A DNA stretch of 63,222 nucleotides, filler included, from Reticulomyxa filosa (taxonomy: Eukaryota; Protista; Foraminifera), in NCBI GenBank assembly GCA_000512085.1. It is 19 parts of 19 records of this genome, joined end to end, with 100 filler letters (N's around TTAATTAATTAA, not from the genome) between each part and the next. Parts side by side here need not be neighbours in the genome. Positions count along the whole stretch, not along the records: positions 1 to 4,851 come from ASPP01010555.1; positions 4,952 to 22,383 come from ASPP01011888.1; 17 more parts are not named here. The stretch is one strand, 5' to 3'. Both the position numbers and the translations under genes were made by a program. Below, in pieces: positions 1 to 13,821 of the stretch (position 1 is the stretch's first letter; each line of letters begins with the position of its first letter). The notes under the pieces are model-generated. The model saw only the letters and a list, made by a program, of their open reading frames with translations. It was not told the origin of the DNA and ran no database searches.

Positions 1-173
1 AAAAAAAAAAATGGATTGAAGTGGCTTTTATAAATCCATGAACGTTTAAACCTGTGTCAATCTTTATTTATTCTTTTTTTTTAGATTGCAACAAAAGTTA
101 AAGAGTACGAATTGTGATAAGTGATAGTAATGATAGCAAAACCAAAAGTGGGCTGTCACTCTCCGATTAATTG

Positions 174-949
174 TTATGTGGTAGAAGCAAGTCCAGAAAC
201 ATTAGCCAAAGAAGCTTTCTGTTCTTCACTTTTTGGAGCTGCAGGTTGTGAGCAGACGCTTGATTCCAACGTCGCATCCAAAGCCAACAGCTCATTCAAT
301 TGCAAGTCAACATCATTGAACATCACATTTTTGTCATTGTGTTGCTCCTGAGAGTCATTACCTGCATGTTCTGGCTGTTTGGGGAGTGGAAGCGTTTCTT
401 TTTCTGAAGGCTTCCCATTCTCTTCCTGGGTTTTATGTTGTGCTTCTTCATCTTGTTTGTTCTTTTCAATCATCTTATAAAACTCTTCTTCCTCTTTGAA
501 TTTTTTTTGTCGGCTCTTTGCTCGCTCTCTATTCTTACGTCTTCGTTTAGCTTTGAACTCCAAGTCTTTTTGAGTATCTAAATGTTTTGCCAACGCTTTT
601 TCCTTTCGTTCCGCCTTTTTTCATTCCACGTTGTATTTTTTTGTTTGCTTGCTTTTAAAAAAATTCTTATCAATAACAACAACAATAATATCGGGGAATT
701 AACCTGAACAGCTTCTTGCTTCATTTGCTGCAAACGAAATTGCTCTCTTCGTTTACATTGTCTATATTTGTGGAATGTCCCACTTCCTGCACCTGCTGTG
801 GATCCACACACATTCCTGATTTCAACATCTTTGTAGTTTCGTATCACTGCTGTTGTGTTTGCTATTGCTGCACTATCATCAATTTGACGGGAACGAGAGT
901 CAGTACTTACAATATCTTTTTCCTTATTACCAATATTCAGATAAGACAT
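174..949 (-). CDS. PRKRIP1: PRKR-interacting protein 1 homolog (DUF1168, spliceosome-associated), 2 exons
   Basis: NVCGSTAGAGSGTFHKYRQCKRREQFRL matches the family motif GSSAGAGSGEFHVYR. GT donor at 703. The second exon has the basic AKRRRKNRERAK helix. Confidence 0.85.
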
Positions 950-1623
950 TATGCACCTTTTTTAAAAAAATTCTATTCGAATTTCCGTTGTCCCTTCAAA
1001 ACCAAAGTTTTCTCAGAAAGGCAAATCTCACACTAAAATTTCTTAAGAATATCTTCACTTTAAAATAGAGATTGTATGTGTCAAGTTGGATGAGATACTA
1101 AAAAAAATCGCTTGTGAACTAATGCAATTTTAATCTGAGAAAATATTTCAAATGAATATATCGTGAATTGGATTTGTTCATTACATTGACACAAAACAAA
1201 ATAGTTATTTTCCTTAGATTGTTTGCACAATATCGAGTATTTTTGAAAGTTTAGCGAGGCGCTTGAACAAACAAATAAAATGGATGGAAAGAAGAAAGCC
1301 TGCTGTTATCCTCCGAGTTGATTTGAGTGCAGACAAAAACAATTTCAAATAATATGATCGTATATTGTGGGACGAGGGGGAAAAAAAAGAAACAGTCGAA
1401 TAAACAATAGGCATAGCAAATATAACTATTGTGGTGGACGTCAAATATTTGCCCACAAATATATGGATAAACATAAAACTAGTCAGACGTCATCAACTTT
1501 TTTTTTTTTTTTGTGATTTTTAACAACACAAACTTAAAACCACAACAAGATTCTGGCCCAAAAGATAGAGGTTTTTTTTTTTTGTTGTCGATGGAGGGTA
1601 AAAAAAAAAAAAAAAAGGCAATG

Positions 1624-2548
1624 TTATGTTTTCAAAATGATATCATTAAGTTTGGATTTTTGTTTTGGAACAGTGAGAGTATCATTGGGTTGACTATGTT
1701 TTTCGTCCATATCAAAGTCTTCTGGGATTGAGTTGAGTGTATTAAATTCTCTGATTTTGGCGAAAGAAAGATCGGGGTCAGTAGTGTCATTGCGCCAAGT
1801 GTCTTCCATGATATCGAATTGAGCTTCCAGCTCATTTTTTGCAGAAGGGCTGAACAAAGACACGCTAGAACAGTCGCTATCGCACGATAGTTTGGCGCTA
1901 CTTTGGAGGACGTCCGAATCAAAGGAGCTGGACGACCGCGTATTCCATTTGTATTAGGGACAGTCCCTGTTGTTGCTGTGTTCCACATTTCTCTTGGGCT
2001 GCGGCTGCTACAATATATTAATAGTGACAATCGATCGCCACTCAGACTGTTCACGCTTTCCATCAATGATTCTTCGGTCAGACTGTTTTCGTAATGCCAT
2101 TCGCTATGACTTGGCGTTTTGTCTTTTTATTTTCGTTTTTCTTTTTTTTTTTTTTTTTTTTTTTAGTTTAGTTTATTTTATTTTTTTTTTTAATTGAGTG
2201 TGGGCATGCCATTTCATCTCACGAAACTTCTTCTAAAGCTTTTTTGTGAGAGGTAGTGGCGGGGGGTCCCTTCGCACTTCTCACTGGAAATAACATCTTT
2301 GTACGGATTTTGGCTGGCTTTATCTGATTTCTTCCTTTGTCGGGCTCTGCTTTTTTTTCATTAGCTCTGCTTTCTGCTTCTTTGTTTTCTTCTTTTTGTT
2401 TTTTTTCCTTTTTGCTTTTTTTGTTCGCTACTGGCGTTTTGTCATCATTTGTGCTTGAAATATTATTATTTGATTCAAATTGTGACGCCAATGCTGATAT
2501 TTTCTTCTTTTTTTTCTTGCCTTTCAGCTGATCTAAATATGCACTCAT
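1624..2548 (-). CDS. Hypothetical protein(s), multi-exon, Lys/Glu-rich N-terminus
   Basis: Coding-like ORFs 2219-2548, 1632-2066 and 1624-1863 are separated by a poly-A/T intron-like tract and a frame change. No recognisable family. Confidence 0.35.
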
Positions 2549-4260
2549 TTTAATTCTTTATGAAAAAATCATTGTCCCTTAACACAAAAAAAGCCTACAA
2601 CAAGAATTTGAATATTCTTACTCGGATTGTCTAGTCTTCTTACTGATAATGAGATACTGTTCCATTTGGACGCAGACCAATGGAAACAAAATCGTTTGAC
2701 ATGCTGTCGCTGTAATCGTTCTTCCGCTTTATGCTGTTGTCTCGATTTTTTTTTTGTTCTTCTGGATATTCATTGTTAAAACATGACCGATATGCAGCGA
2801 AGATTAACTCACACACATTTGTTTTTGAAGCTTCAATATAAATCAGAAAAACAAATTTTAGACGTTGTGTCTTTGTATTTTGCTATCTATGTAAAGAAAA
2901 TGAAATGTATCAGTCTTTTAGTTTGTTTGCTGTTCCACTCGCAATACTAAATTTTTCAATGATAAACGTGAAAAAATAAATTTTTGTGCATAAATTTCGT
3001 TAACAAAAATGATATTTTTTTGAACTGCAAATTCGATATATTTCATTATAAAAAGTGTTAGTAATGTGCCAAAATATTATAATTAAATTTCAAAGTTAAA
3101 TTTATTAAATAAAAATATCTCCAATTGTTGCCTAAGTCAAGGGCATTCTATTTATGTACATATTTTTTTTTTCATATAAATCATAATGATCATTCAACAG
3201 AAAATGTGCAAATATTTATACTATATTCATCTTACATGCATCACACTTTTTTAAAATACTCATTCTATTGATTTTACAAAAAGAAAATTGATTTTCAGTT
3301 TTATGACAATACTTTTTCATTGCAAGACAACAATACAACGAATTATTTGAAACAAGACAGCTTCAAAAACTTGTGTTGGATAGATGTAAATGAGTTGAAT
3401 TTCTGAAAGTGAAGTTTGTCATTAGATTGTACAGTTATTATATGAAAGAAGCTAGTCAAATGATAGTTGAAAACATGACAAGTCTTTATATTGCAATCAG
3501 TTATCGATGTTCAGATATAATAACAAATCTTTTCCTTTTCCTTTGTATCTCCATTGTCACATTTTGCTTGTCTGTGTTGTATGAATTATAAACATGGCGA
3601 TAATTGGTAAGAAAACAAAACTTGAAATCTTTTGGAATGATAGATCAAATGTAAGCACAATGTTAAATGTTGCTGGTGTTGTGTATTTTGAGAGATATGA
3701 ATGTAATTGTTGATGTACACAAGATAATCTTTATGTGTAGAAGTCGAGCAATTTTCAATTGCTTCCAATTTATTTTAGTCACTGGACCCCTTTTATACTA
3801 TAATTGCTTTGACGAATGATTTTATCAAAGTTAGATCAGAAAAGACATGATTTTATTTGCACAACCTCGAATTTACTTAATGGATGCACGATTTGATTAA
3901 TATGATATATTGCAGTATTCGTGGGAAAAAAAAAAGCGGGCAATAGAAAGACAAATAGAATATTCTAAACTATATGCTATTTAAACCACAACGACTCACA
4001 AAATTAAACATAATCAAATTGGTATTAACGTTCACCATCTCTCTCAAAAAAAAATAAAAAAAAATTAATCCATGTTCGAGCGAAGACAAAATTCACGCCA
4101 AAGTCTTGTTAAACGTGATGCATTTGTTAGATAGCATTTATACAAGATCAAGATCTCAACATTCTGTTTTACTGCCAAGCGTCGCAGCTGCGCTCCTTCA
4201 CTTATGGATAGCATTCCATTATTTTCAAATTCTGTTGAAGTTGAGGTATTTTGTTTATTT

Positions 4261-4851
4261 TTATTTTTTATTTTTTTTATTGAAAAACAAATCTCTCAAT
4301 AAAAACGATACAAAACTGTCAATGGCATGAACGAGATTGATCCAATCGTTTATGGCGACATCTTGTTTACTCTGTTGGGAAGGTTCGTTCGCTGGACTTT
4401 TTTCATCGTCATGCGATTTTTTTTTTTTGCGCACAGGTGGTATAAGTGTGGGTGGTACGTGCTTATTTTTCCCCAATTTTGCGCCAGATGCAGATGCATT
4501 GTTTTTCCACTTATTTTTGATTTTTTTGTGTTGATATAATAATTCATCGTCATCATCATCGTCATCATCATTATTGTTATCACTATCATTATCATCGTCA
4601 TCGTCATCGTCATCATCATCATTGTTTTCACTATCATCTTTGAGATAATGACTATCACTGTTTCCTTCCTCTCCTTCTTCTTTCTCTTCGCATTTTTTTG
4701 TTTTTTTAATATGCTTCTTCCGAGTACTTGCACGTTTGGTCTTACTGTCCCCTTTGCATTTTCCACCGAATTTTCCTCCATTGTGTTTCTCTTCGTCTTC
4801 ATGTTCGCATTCGGACTCATTGTGATCGCTACCTTCTTCTTCTTCTTCTTC
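4261..4851 (-). CDS. Low-complexity Lys/Asp-rich hypothetical protein fragment (contig edge)
   Basis: GAT/GAC-rich trinucleotide run at about 4546-4622 and basic NLS-like clusters. Confidence 0.3.
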   Translation of the reverse strand, partial: EEEEEEGSDHNESECEHEDEEKHNGGKFGGKCKGDSKTKRASTRKKHIKKTKKCEEKEEGEEGNSDSHYLKDDSENNDDDDDDDDDDNDSDNNNDDDDDDDDELLYQHKKIKNKWKNNASASGAKLGKNKHVPPTLIPPVRKKKKSHDDEKSPANEPSQQSKQDVAINDWINLVHAIDSFVSFLLRDLFFNKKNKK

Positions 4852-4951
4852 NNNNNNNNNNNNNNNNNNNNNNNNNNNNNNNNNNNNNNNNNNNNTTAAT
4901 TAATTAANNNNNNNNNNNNNNNNNNNNNNNNNNNNNNNNNNNNNNNNNNNN
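4852..4951. other. Artificial contig-joining linker (first of 18)
   Basis: 44 N + TTAATTAATTAA (stops in all six frames) + 44 N. Identical 100-bp linkers start at 4852, 22384, 25886, 28752, 30028, 31209, 32763, 34369, 37588, 40170, 41598, 43476, 52289, 53413, 54627, 56749, 59981 and 61833. Confidence 0.99.
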
Positions 4952-4993
<42 letters not shown>

Positions 4994-5014
4994 GTTGTAG
5001 GAATTGAAAATAAT

Positions 5015-6324
5015 TTGTATGAACACATGGCATGGATGTACCAATTGTATGGAAGCGCGTGGAATACGTTTGGAATAAAAAGCCTTTCGAAAATATGCTT
5101 TGAAATGATATTCCACAATTACGTGCATTTGTCGTCAGGGTCGATCAAATTATCCAAGTTGTCTTTTGCGGTTGTTCACTATGTAATGAACCACTACTCG
5201 TATAGCGAAGGAATGGGCTTGCTGCGCACTTTCAACGAAGAATGCTCGCGCATTCCCAATTCGCCCATGCACAAACATCACTTTGGAATCGAGTGCGATG
5301 AATATCTGTTGTTTTTGGAAATGAGACAAGCTTTGTATGATAATGACACGAAGAACGTCAATCGGTTGCTTTTGGAGTTGCAAAATGTGCTGCCTTGCAC
5401 GAATCTCACTACCGCGTTTGACTCTAGTCCTTCAGGCTGCAGCTACAACACGTCGTCTTCTTATTATCCCCATTTGATGTCTTTGTACGCTTTGCTCTAT
5501 CAGAAAAATAAGCAATTCACTCAGTCCTCATTTATTTTGCATCACTTGCTTGAACTCACTTCCAAAAAATATCAAATCGAAAGATTGGCTGTTCCTTATT
5601 TGTTGATATTGGTTGAAATACATTTAGTTAACCTTTAAAAAAAAAAAAAAAAAAAAAAATGTTAATAGAAATTTTATTTTATTTAATACTGTTATTGATT
5701 GTTATTGTGATTGCTTGTTTTCTTTTTTATTTGTTTGTCTATTTGTTTTTTTTGCAGGAGGCTCATGACAATATTAGCATCCCTCTTCGACTAGTTACCA
5801 ATGCTTTAGCGATTGCGGACAAATACCATTTGGTTGAATACAAAATCGATTGCGTTTTATTGTTGTGCGAAATTTATTTACTCCTCGATGATCCTTCTCA
5901 AGTTTTTGCGTTGTTACGCCCTTTGTTTCCTTCCATTGTTTCCATCAATTCCACTCATTCCATGGATACAAAACATTACACACGCATTACCAATGCTTAT
6001 TTTTATTTGGCCAAGGCTTGCTTAGCCTCACAACCTCAAAGTTTTCTTTTTTTTATCCGTTTGTATATTTTGCATATTGATGTTGTTGTTTTTTTTTTTA
6101 AATGTTGCTTGATAGATTGTGCTGACGCTGTCCAATACTTGCACTGTGCAAGAGTGTGGTGTGTGCATCACATGACTCATAACAAAGCCTTCCAGGTCAT
6201 GGGAACGGAATTACTCTCACAAATTCTTTATTATTTGGGTAGGGTCTATGAACATATGCAAGACTCTCTCAACTGTGAAATGTCTAATAAAAAATTGAAA
6301 CAATTACTCGATTCATCTCAGTGA
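5015..6324 (+). CDS. ANAPC5: Anaphase-promoting complex subunit 5, C-terminal TPR region (5' partial, multi-exon)
   Basis: Helical repeats align with the APC5 C-terminus: PLRLVTNALAIADKYHL ~ LPMLLQALALSKEYRL, AYFYLAKAC ~ AMFLVAKCQ, QILYYLGRVYEHM ~ DVVYFQARLYHTL. GT..AG intron at 5627-5757. Confidence 0.75.
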
Positions 6325-6477
6325 ATTTTTTTTTTTTGTGGGCAGTTTTTTAGTTTGTTTTTCTTTATTTACCTTAACTTTTCGTCATTTTGAAACAATT
6401 TCCTTCGTTAGTTAGTAGCAAAGTTTCAAGAAAGCATTAGCCAACTTTCATTGTTGATGCTGTGAATATTTTTAAAA

Positions 6478-9109
6478 ATGAAAAAACTGTCACACTTTCA
6501 AAATTTGTCAATAATCAACCATACAAAAAAAACGGAAGTAGAAGGAGATACAAGTTTTTTGAGATTAGTGGGATGGATAATAATGCTGAAGTTTGACCTT
6601 ATTCCAACGTATATTTTAGATTTATATCCTTCAACAGCATGTATAAGTGGTCCAGACTCAAATAATGACAGTCCTTCGATTTTAACGTTGCCGACAAAGT
6701 CACCGAAACAAGGTTTTGAAATTGGAAGTTTTCCAACAAATGAAAAGGAAGAAACGGACCAAACAGCAAACGAAGTGCAGATGATAGGGAGTTTGCACCG
6801 AGCAAAGACAGTACCAAGACAAAACCGCTCAAAGACAATAATGGACATCCTCCGCGACGACATAGACAACATATATATAAACACCTTGAGCAGCGATTTG
6901 AGATGTTTTTTGAAGACACATATTGTATTTACTTCCACTGAGTTCCAATTCTGACTATTCTAAAAATCTATTCAATCTTAAAAAAAAAAAAAAAAAAAGC
7001 AGACTTTTATTTTGTTAAATTTTGTATGATTATTTTGGGGGGGGGGGGACATGTGGAAAAAAAAAAAGTGTAATATTAGGAATACTGTATCAATTATACT
7101 TTGGCCCAATTCCACCCAATATCACCCCCACAGAATATGAAAAATGTGTATTGTATCGAGACAGTCTGAAGCGCCAAAAGATATTACAATGCTGTCATTA
7201 CTTGATAGACAAGTGTTGGAACATTGCTTTTCAGCATAGTGAGTCTTCTCAAGTTTGTGGCTTTGTAGCATACACACGTATAAATACAAACATGAACATA
7301 TACATATTGCACTTATCAAAATTGAAATGGAAAAAAAAAAAAAAAAAAAAGAAAGTAAATTTTAAGTTCGTTTTGTTTTTTTTTTTTTCAAAAAAAAAAA
7401 AAGAAATTGATGGAGTTTTTTTTAATGGAAATCCCCAACGGCAATGAAAAAGTGAATGAGTTAAAACGACTGATGGAACAACGGAATGACGCATCAAAAT
7501 TGGAAGTGAATAAAATAATCGAAATGGAATCTCATCGACAAATTGACGTGGATCGAGAATGGAAACGCCTGTCGCTAAACACCATCGACAAAACTTGTGC
7601 AGAAGAGAATAACGATTGCAAGTACATACAAATGGGCATTGTCATGAACACAAATATGATAATATAAGTCATTTTGAAAATCCAACTGACAATACCAACA
7701 ATAGTAATAATAATAATAATAATAATGAAAATAATACAATTGGTCTCATCCAATGGAAAAAACATATGCCAAAGATAGTAGAAATTGTCACGTTGATAAA
7801 TATTCAAAAAGGAGCTGTACCGATTCATGGGTTGGCCCATGCTTTGACTGCAAAACAGAGAATGCTGTTCCATTGTCTGTCCCCAATTGTCGTTTGTGTT
7901 AAGTCTTCCCTTTCACATTTGCTGACCCAACTCTTGTCAATTTATTGTGTCCTTTCAATGTTTGTCCAACCACTCCCTCCCCCCCCCTCCCCTCTTCTCA
8001 ACACAAATAAAGGAATACGTAAAAAATGCGGACAAACGTGGGGTTCAACCTTTATTCCATCATTTCAATGACACTGGGCTATGGGTCTCTTTGCAAATAT
8101 TGAGCGCGCCTGTCTTGGCCGACAGAATTGCCGTTCTCAAATACTTTGTTGCTCTCATGAATGTACTGTATGCTGTGATATTTATTTTATATTTCATTTG
8201 TTGCATTATTTTTTTCCCCCTCCCCCCCTTTTTCCTTTGCCCCCCCCCCTTAAATCAAATAAATCAAATACAAAATAGTATTTGATCGATCTTGGAAATC
8301 TTACCGGAGCTTACTGTATCTTTTGTGGGATAGAAAGCACACCTATTTATCGATTGCGAAAAACACGTGCAGTTTGTGATACATGCAGAGAGTGAGAGAG
8401 AGAGAGAGAGAGAAAGGAAAAAAAAACAACACATATATACACCGGCCAATTCATGCGCTCCGTACTATGTTATATATGCATGTATAGCACATACATATTA
8501 TATAATGTATACGTAGCAATTAATGCTAAAACAAAGTTTTAATATGTGCATATGTATGCACATATATTTATGTAGGGACTGACTCCAGAAGAAGAAGAAA
8601 TGTTAGAAAACACTAGAAATATGTTTTCGACTACAAATGGTTTTCAAAACATACGCAAAGAAATCCAGTGGCGATTGCAACACAAACTCCCTGTGTTGCC
8701 ACACATGGGCGTCTATTTCTCCGATTTGACGTGGCTGAAAGATCAGGGACCATATTTCTCTGGGCTTGGAGCAAAGTTTGATTTGATCAATTTGGCCTTT
8801 TGTACCAGTCTGTTTCAGCGATTAAAATTTATGCACATTGCACAAAAGGTTTTGAATTTACTCCATCTTTTCTTCTCTTTCTTTGTTTCTTTCTCTCTCT
8901 TATATACATACTTGCTTTTCTTACTTCAACTTGTGCAAGGTTCATTATTTAAAGACTTTTTTTTTCTCTTGGAAAAACAGAGCTATCAGAATGTGCAACT
9001 TTACGAAAGTACCGAACTGATCCACAAACTAGATGTCTCTCTGGCGATGCTTTTTAGTCTAAATCTAACAGATGAAGACTTATATTTACTTTCCAAACAA
9101 ATCGAATAA
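6478..9109 (+). CDS. Ras guanine-nucleotide exchange factor (REM + CDC25 domain), multi-exon
   Basis: REM-like CFLKTHIVFTS. CDC25 motifs FNDTGLWVSLQILSAPVLADRIAVLKYFVAL and LPVLPHMGVYFSDLTWL..DLINL, ending LYLLSKQIE. Confidence 0.85.
8387..8412 (+). repeat. (GA)n microsatellite, probably within a RasGEF intron
   Basis: agagagtgagagagagagagagagag. Confidence 0.8.
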
Positions 9110-9685
9110 AACCATTTGCTTGTCCGTTTTTTTTCCGTGTTCGTGTTCTTTTTCTTTTCCTTTTCCTTTTGTACATTTATTGAAAGAGTAATAAATGACA
9201 ACAATTTCATTATCACAACAACTAAAAAACTGGTGTAAGTTTCTTTTGTTTTTTTCATTGTGATTGGTAACATAATTTGTGATTGGTGAAATTCGCTTCA
9301 ATTGAGGAATATATTTGTTTTTTATACAGAAATAATTACACTGTTAACACAAATTTTGTTCGATAGTTTTTCCCATAAAATAATTGATTGTAAGAGAGAC
9401 ATAAAAAAACTGGAACTTTTTTAAACCAAAGTGAAAGTAAAGGGGACTGTAGCTGGGTGAAAAAAAAGCTCACCTGTGCAATTATGGCACTGCAATCGTA
9501 ATTGCAATTATAAATGGCAATATCAAAATGCAATTGACAATCAGGTAAAGAAAGGGGCGAGGTTATCTAATGTGCGTTGACATGAGGGGTAGGTTAATCT
9601 TGTTTTTTTTTTTGACGTGGCTTGGACTAGGAAGAAAAAAATAAAACGAATTGAAAACAAAAAAAAGTGAATCTCCTCAACAGCA

Positions 9686-10820
9686 ATGAAAGAAAAGAAT
9701 ATTTTTACAAAGTTGAAAAATGTGCCACAGACTCAACTTCGTCACGCGCCATGTGTTTGGTTCGGTGATGAAATTTTGATATGTGGTGGGCAATGTAACA
9801 GCGTCTGTTACTCCTACAACACAGTGAGTGATGAGTATCGAGTGATTTGTAATTATCCGGAGGAGGTGAATTTGATCGGACATGCAGTGGTGGCATTGAG
9901 AAGTGAGAAGAAAGATGAAGTGACATTATTGTCATTTGGAGGGTTTTGTAAGCATACGTTGATAATGAGATACAAAAGTGTATGGGCAAAGAACAGTGCG
10001 GACGAATCATCGCATACAAATGAATGGGTGGCAACAAGTAATATAATTGGAAGTCCTGACGATGACTTGCGATTTGTGAGGGCACTGATTGGAGGAGAAA
10101 ATAACGAAGTATTGTTTATATGTCATCCTCCTCATCATGTGCGAGCATTGGATGCGCATACCTTCAAATGCATTGCCAAATGTGTGTTGCCCAAAACCAA
10201 CGGTGAAATCACTGGCGGAAGCTGTTTTGTAAAAACACGACAACCAAATGAAGTCATCTTGTTCAATAAAGCCAATTGCGCTTGGATCACTTTTCATAAA
10301 GTAAAAAAAAACTTGAGTTTGTCAAAATCTCTTGTTGCCAAAACTTGAGACAAATATCTGACTATTCGTATGTCCTCGTGCGGGACTTGGTCGTTTTGCT
10401 CGGTGGACACGAGATAGGGGATAACGACATTCGCAAACCCTCAGTGAACTTTATCTTTGCCTTTTCTCTACATACCAAGAAATGGAAGGCTTGCAAACGC
10501 GTTTTGCCACATCCCATTGCAGAGGGCTTTGCTGTCATAAGCCCTGATTATTCTTGTATTCATATCATTGGTGGGTATCCCTATCCTTATCACTTTGGTG
10601 TTGATATTCAAGACCTTGTTGGACCAGTTGCAATCTCAATCACGACTACTCTTATAACTTATTATACATATATATACATTTATGTATATTATTTATTATG
10701 AACCCATCCTTTTTTTTATTTTAAAACTCCAACACAGAGCGAGCAAGTCATTGGGACGATAGTTCGTCAATGGTTTCGACAATGCTCTTTCGTGTGTCTT
10801 GGATGGATTGCTGCTTTTGA
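9686..10820 (+). CDS. Kelch/galactose-oxidase-type beta-propeller protein
   Basis: Blades EILICGG, LLSFGG, ALIGG, VVLLGG, IHIIGG. One frame change at the A9 run near 10303-10311; adding one A gives VKKKLEFVKISCCQNLRQISD. Short terminal exon from about 10738. Confidence 0.8.
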
Positions 10821-11815
10821 CGAAATCGTTGGAAATTACTTATGGTAAAAAAAAATACTTTTTTGAAAATATCATTTCTGTATTGCAATGGAAAAGAAGA
10901 AAATTGTATTGTCCTTATGTACATTGTACTTGTCATTTGCTTCCTCAGTATTCATTATATCAAAAAGAAGTTGCGAAATCTTCACACAATATCAAGATAG
11001 TTTCTTTTGTGCCTGGTCAAAGGTGTAAATAGCAAATTTCATATGTAAGCAAATTAACGTTTACTTCATAATCAAGGGTTATATTTTGATGCAATTTTTT
11101 TTTAAATACTAGAAAAATAATGTGCAAAACTTGTTGTAAGTATTCTTATGGACGTAAAGAAAATAATCCGAGCCAGTTGAGTCAGATCCACTGTCTACTG
11201 CATTTTCTTTTCACTTTTTTTATAAGAAAAAAACATGCCACCTCAACGAGTCAAAGAAATAAAGGATTCCTGCTAGTGCTCAGTTCCTTTAAACTTGATG
11301 TAAAACAAGCAATCAATTGGATATAACCGAATCATGAAACTAACCAATCAGCAATAGTTTTGAGCTGCAGAAATGGATGTGACAATTAGGAAGTAATATT
11401 CAAAAAATAAAAAAAACAAAAAACGAAACAACAATGCACGACACAATTAAAAGTTTGCAAAAACAATAGTTCCAGCACAAGCTTTCCAAGGAGAAAGAAA
11501 CATTTGTTTGCTTGGTGGAAAAAATGAAATAAAATAAAAAAACAGCGTTCTGTTCATGAAAAAAACCCAAGATTAAGATTATTTTTTTCCCTTTGTCTAT
11601 TCAACCACAAAACCATAGAGAGTAACAACAATGGTTACAAATGAAAACAACAACAAAAAAGTCGAAAAACTAGGTAAGAAATAGTAAAAAGTCTTAGTAT
11701 GTTTTTTTTCATGCCAGAACAAACTTCTCAAGCAAAATATAAGTAATTAACGCGTGCGCGCTATATTCTCTTTGTTGAAGACTTGACAAAACGTAAGGAG
11801 CGTGTCAGCCCTATT

Positions 11816-13821
11816 TTATTTCTGTGGAGTTTTGAAAAGAGAAGAAGTGATATCAGGAGTGGTTTTTGATTTGATTTGATAAGTGACAGTAGTAGGAACT
11901 TGATCATTATCATAGTTATTATTACCATCATTATTGTTATTGTCGCTGTTGTTAGTAAAAGTATTTTCGAAAGGAGTGGAAGCGATTGAACCGGTAACAA
12001 TTTTATTGTTGCTATTTCTCCAAGAGCGGTTCATGTCTCTCACTTTGGTAGGTTTGTTGAAAGGTTTGTCGTGATGATGTTGATACTGTGAAGGATGAGC
12101 ATCCAACGACGGAGCATTTCCAGCCTCATTTGCGTCTGTAGTGATATTGCCACGTGTTGTCACTGACAAAGTATCAGTGGAAATGGACGAAGGATAAAAT
12201 GTGTCATCGTAGTTGCTTTGGTTTGGCATTGCCCTCGAGTGTTTCTTTTTTTTTCTTTCCTTGTTGTGATGATGATGGTTATGCGAATGATAGCGATGAT
12301 GAGCATAATTATGCGTATTATGATTGTAGCTGTTAGCGGGAATCATTTCCTCATAATCGTCATTTTCTTGAATGGCCATAGTATTGGAATATTCAAATGC
12401 AGATGGATTTGCAGTTAGATGAAACGATTGCAAGTATTGTTGATTTGCATTGTTTGTATCTACCAAAGGTTTGTTTGAACTCCACTCTGTTTCATCTACA
12501 TGACGCACTGCCACCCCTTCTGCATTGTCCCTCCAAAAACTTGTCAATACCTTGTTTATGTACGCCACTGTATTGCCAATGCTTTCAAAATCGTTATTAT
12601 TTCCAATTGATTCGTCAATCTCTGCACGCTGATATTCAGTCTTCTCGTCAATAATTATACTATCATTCACCACTATTGCGTTTTCCCTCCATTCTATCTT
12701 TCCTGTCACACTTTTTTTTTTTTTAATTGATTTCAATTTCAATTTGTATTCGATTACCAAAGGGGGAGGAAAAAAAAAGGGGGGGGACATACACATCACA
12801 AAAAAAAAAAACTTTACGATGCAGGCGATTAAAACATTTTTGAATAAAGGGTGGAACATTCAAGTTGATTCTCGCCGCTTGCTCTTTTCGCAATGCTAAG
12901 TTTTTTTCCAATGTTTTGTCACGATCTTGTGGAGGGAACAATTCCATATCTTGATCATTTTTCGCTTCTGAAAGTGGTCTCCACTTTCTAATTCCAATTT
13001 GTATGTTTTTGGGGGGAGTTTGTTGCTCTTTCGAAATTGCGCCGTTTCTCCTTCTTTTTTTTTTTTTTTTTTTAACAAAAACTATAACACAACTCAATTT
13101 CGTCCAATCGAACCACGTGGACATGAAACCCTTCGGTTGGATTTTCACGGCGATGTCCTTACAAGACAAAGTCATGTTTTTTTTTTTTTTTTAAATTCTT
13201 GTATTATTATTCATTTGTTTGTCAAATTTTTCATTTTTTAATTTTAAATTTATTTTTTTTTTTATATTTTTATTTTTTGCTTGAAGAACTGAGAACGCAA
13301 AGTGGAATGGGCTCGGGCACACAACATATTATCGTGCCTTCGATCATTTCGTACCCGTTTTTTAAGTAGAGTTGCACCTCCCATTGACCACCCATATCTA
13401 TTCCGTCACTGGTGAATCGCCACATGCTTGAGGTTGTACTTGCAGTGCTCTCTTCGTTGGTTGCGCTTGTTCGTTGCTCTTCTCTCTGCTCAGATATTAT
13501 TCCCTCGGTCTCCGCTCCTCTTCCACTTATTGTCGTTATTGGAAACATCAAGGCTTCAACGTTTGTCGCCGGTCTTCTCATCATGCTATCATGGGCATAG
13601 GATAATGCTTGCTCGTTATTTGGTGCCATCATCACCCCATTTGGAAAGTAATTGCTTCCTGATCCTTCCCAGCCCAGTTCTACGTTCCCGTATAATGACA
13701 TCGGTAGTGGCTGTGCTTGAGTCATAAACATTCCAAAATCACTCCTTTTAGATTCTCCACTATTTTGCATCATAACTGTTCCATTGTTTGATAATTGTAA
13801 CATATGCGATTGATTCAACAT
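11816..13821 (-). CDS. LSM12: LSM12-like protein (LSm fold + anticodon-binding AD domain) with long low-complexity tails, multi-exon
   Basis: LSm-like WEVQLYLKNGYEMIEGTIIC..HVHVVRLDEIE. AD domain INLNVPPFIQKCFNRLH..IEWRENAIVVNDSIII..VAYINKVL ~ ISAGVSLEGQQLFQTIH..CKWQEKNIVVMEEVVI..LSHVRKIV. Confidence 0.75.

Noticed and set aside
610-625. In-frame TGA upstream of PRKRIP1 exon 2 as stop-codon reassignment or Sec
   Set aside because: An AAAAAAG acceptor just downstream places the TGA inside the intron. Other genes here end at TGA, TAA and TAG normally.
10300-10350. Programmed ribosomal frameshifting at A/T runs (kelch, RNF213-like, 60.5 kb membrane protein)
   Set aside because: The breaks are single-base homopolymer indels in both directions, and the same lesion occurs in bacterial purK near 41845. 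Sequencing error is the simpler explanation.
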